Position numbers and translations under genes: made by a program. Under the pieces are notes generated by a model. It ran no database searches. It saw only the letters and a list, made by a program, of their open reading frames with translations, and was not told where the DNA came from. Below are positions 63,901-64,000 of a stretch of 64,000 bases of DNA, in pieces (position 1 is the first letter of the stretch; each line of letters starts with the position of its first letter). Origin of the DNA: Heteronotia binoei (lineage: Eukaryota); assembly GCF_032191835.1 (NCBI RefSeq), contig NC_083228.1, positions 147,312,001-147,376,000 of the forward strand, read 5' to 3'.

Positions 63901-64000
63901 GACCTGAACTCTCCACCCACCACATTCAGGGAGTGCCCCAAGTGTAAAAAGGCAGAATGAGACCTTACCACAAGAGATGGCATCTTGGGCACCCTCCTGG
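50503..64000 (-). CDS. KRAB-C2H2 zinc-finger gene D, 3' part (exons >64000-63969, 63032-62962, 62741-62615 KRAB-A, 55297-55178, 51998-50503); SCAN exon presumed right of the window
   Basis: Exons homologous to A/B/C with GT-AG and matching phases; 13 canonical fingers. Confidence 0.9.
52225..54780 (+). mobile_element. 5'-truncated L1-clade LINE (ORF2 RT plus Cys-rich tail), antisense in the last intron of gene D
   Basis: [46 protein letters not shown]; one frame with two in-frame stops (52622, 53222); A-rich tail. Confidence 0.93.
56191..56883 (+). mobile_element. Possible solo LTR (Gypsy-like)
   Basis: TG…CA ends, AATAAA near 56839, TACT/TAGT imperfect flanks; no coding support. Confidence 0.4.
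56895..58775. repeat. ~943-bp tandem duplication, each copy with an internal ~110-bp repeat and a CR1 3' fragment
   Basis: 56898 GCCTTAGACCACGCTACTGC vs 57841 GCCTTAAACCATGCTACTGC; paired ORFs offset by 942. Confidence 0.9.
58848..60140 (+). mobile_element. 5'-truncated L2-clade LINE with an open 351-aa ORF2 remnant, nested in a CR1 3' UTR
   Basis: QYADDTQLY intact; 3' stem-loop and (TAAA)n; host CR1 GATCCTGCATT|GAGCAAGG is split by the insertion. Confidence 0.92.
60190..60815 (+). mobile_element. Decayed CR1 3' fragment
   Basis: [13 protein letters not shown]…KYLKGC motif and GGACTAGATGACC…CCTTCCAACTCTA end. Confidence 0.75.
60817..60960 (-). mobile_element. Very short L2 3'-tail insertion
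   Basis: Reverse complement of CCCTGAGTCCGCTTGCGGAGA…GGGATATAAAT, nearly identical to the tail at 60065-60110. Confidence 0.6.
61120..61885 (-). mobile_element. Decayed L2 fragment, orthologous to 25-770
   Basis: Near-identical sequence and position relative to the KRAB exon. Confidence 0.8.
62615..62741 (-). CDS. KRAB-A exon of gene D
   Basis: [43 protein letters not shown], 127 nt, AG/GT bounded. Confidence 0.93.

Overview
Eukaryotic (squamate, probably gecko; inferred from the SINE/LINE complement) genomic window that is entirely a tandem cluster of minus-strand SCAN-KRAB-C2H2 zinc-finger (ZKSCAN-like) genes. Four paralogues, labelled A-D here: A (5' half, exons 3688-1518, rest off the left edge), B (complete, 24511-12747, ~1019 aa, 22 canonical fingers), C (complete, 41367-32313, ~711 aa, 11 fingers), D (3' part, 63969-50503, 13 fingers; SCAN exon off the right edge). 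I reconstructed six coding exons by hand (SCAN 423 nt; 115; 65/71; KRAB-A 127; 120/123; ZF exon) with GT-AG sites and consistent phases. A resembles D and B resembles C. Each unit has a CpG-rich putative promoter bracketed by tRNA-derived SINE heads. Introns and spacers carry CR1, L2 and L1 LINEs, hAT MITEs, SINEs and a solo LTR, many with an empty site visible in a paralogous unit. Most striking: flanks and array ends of B and C are near-identical while the finger arrays have been rewritten. No databases were searched; family names come from motif recognition.
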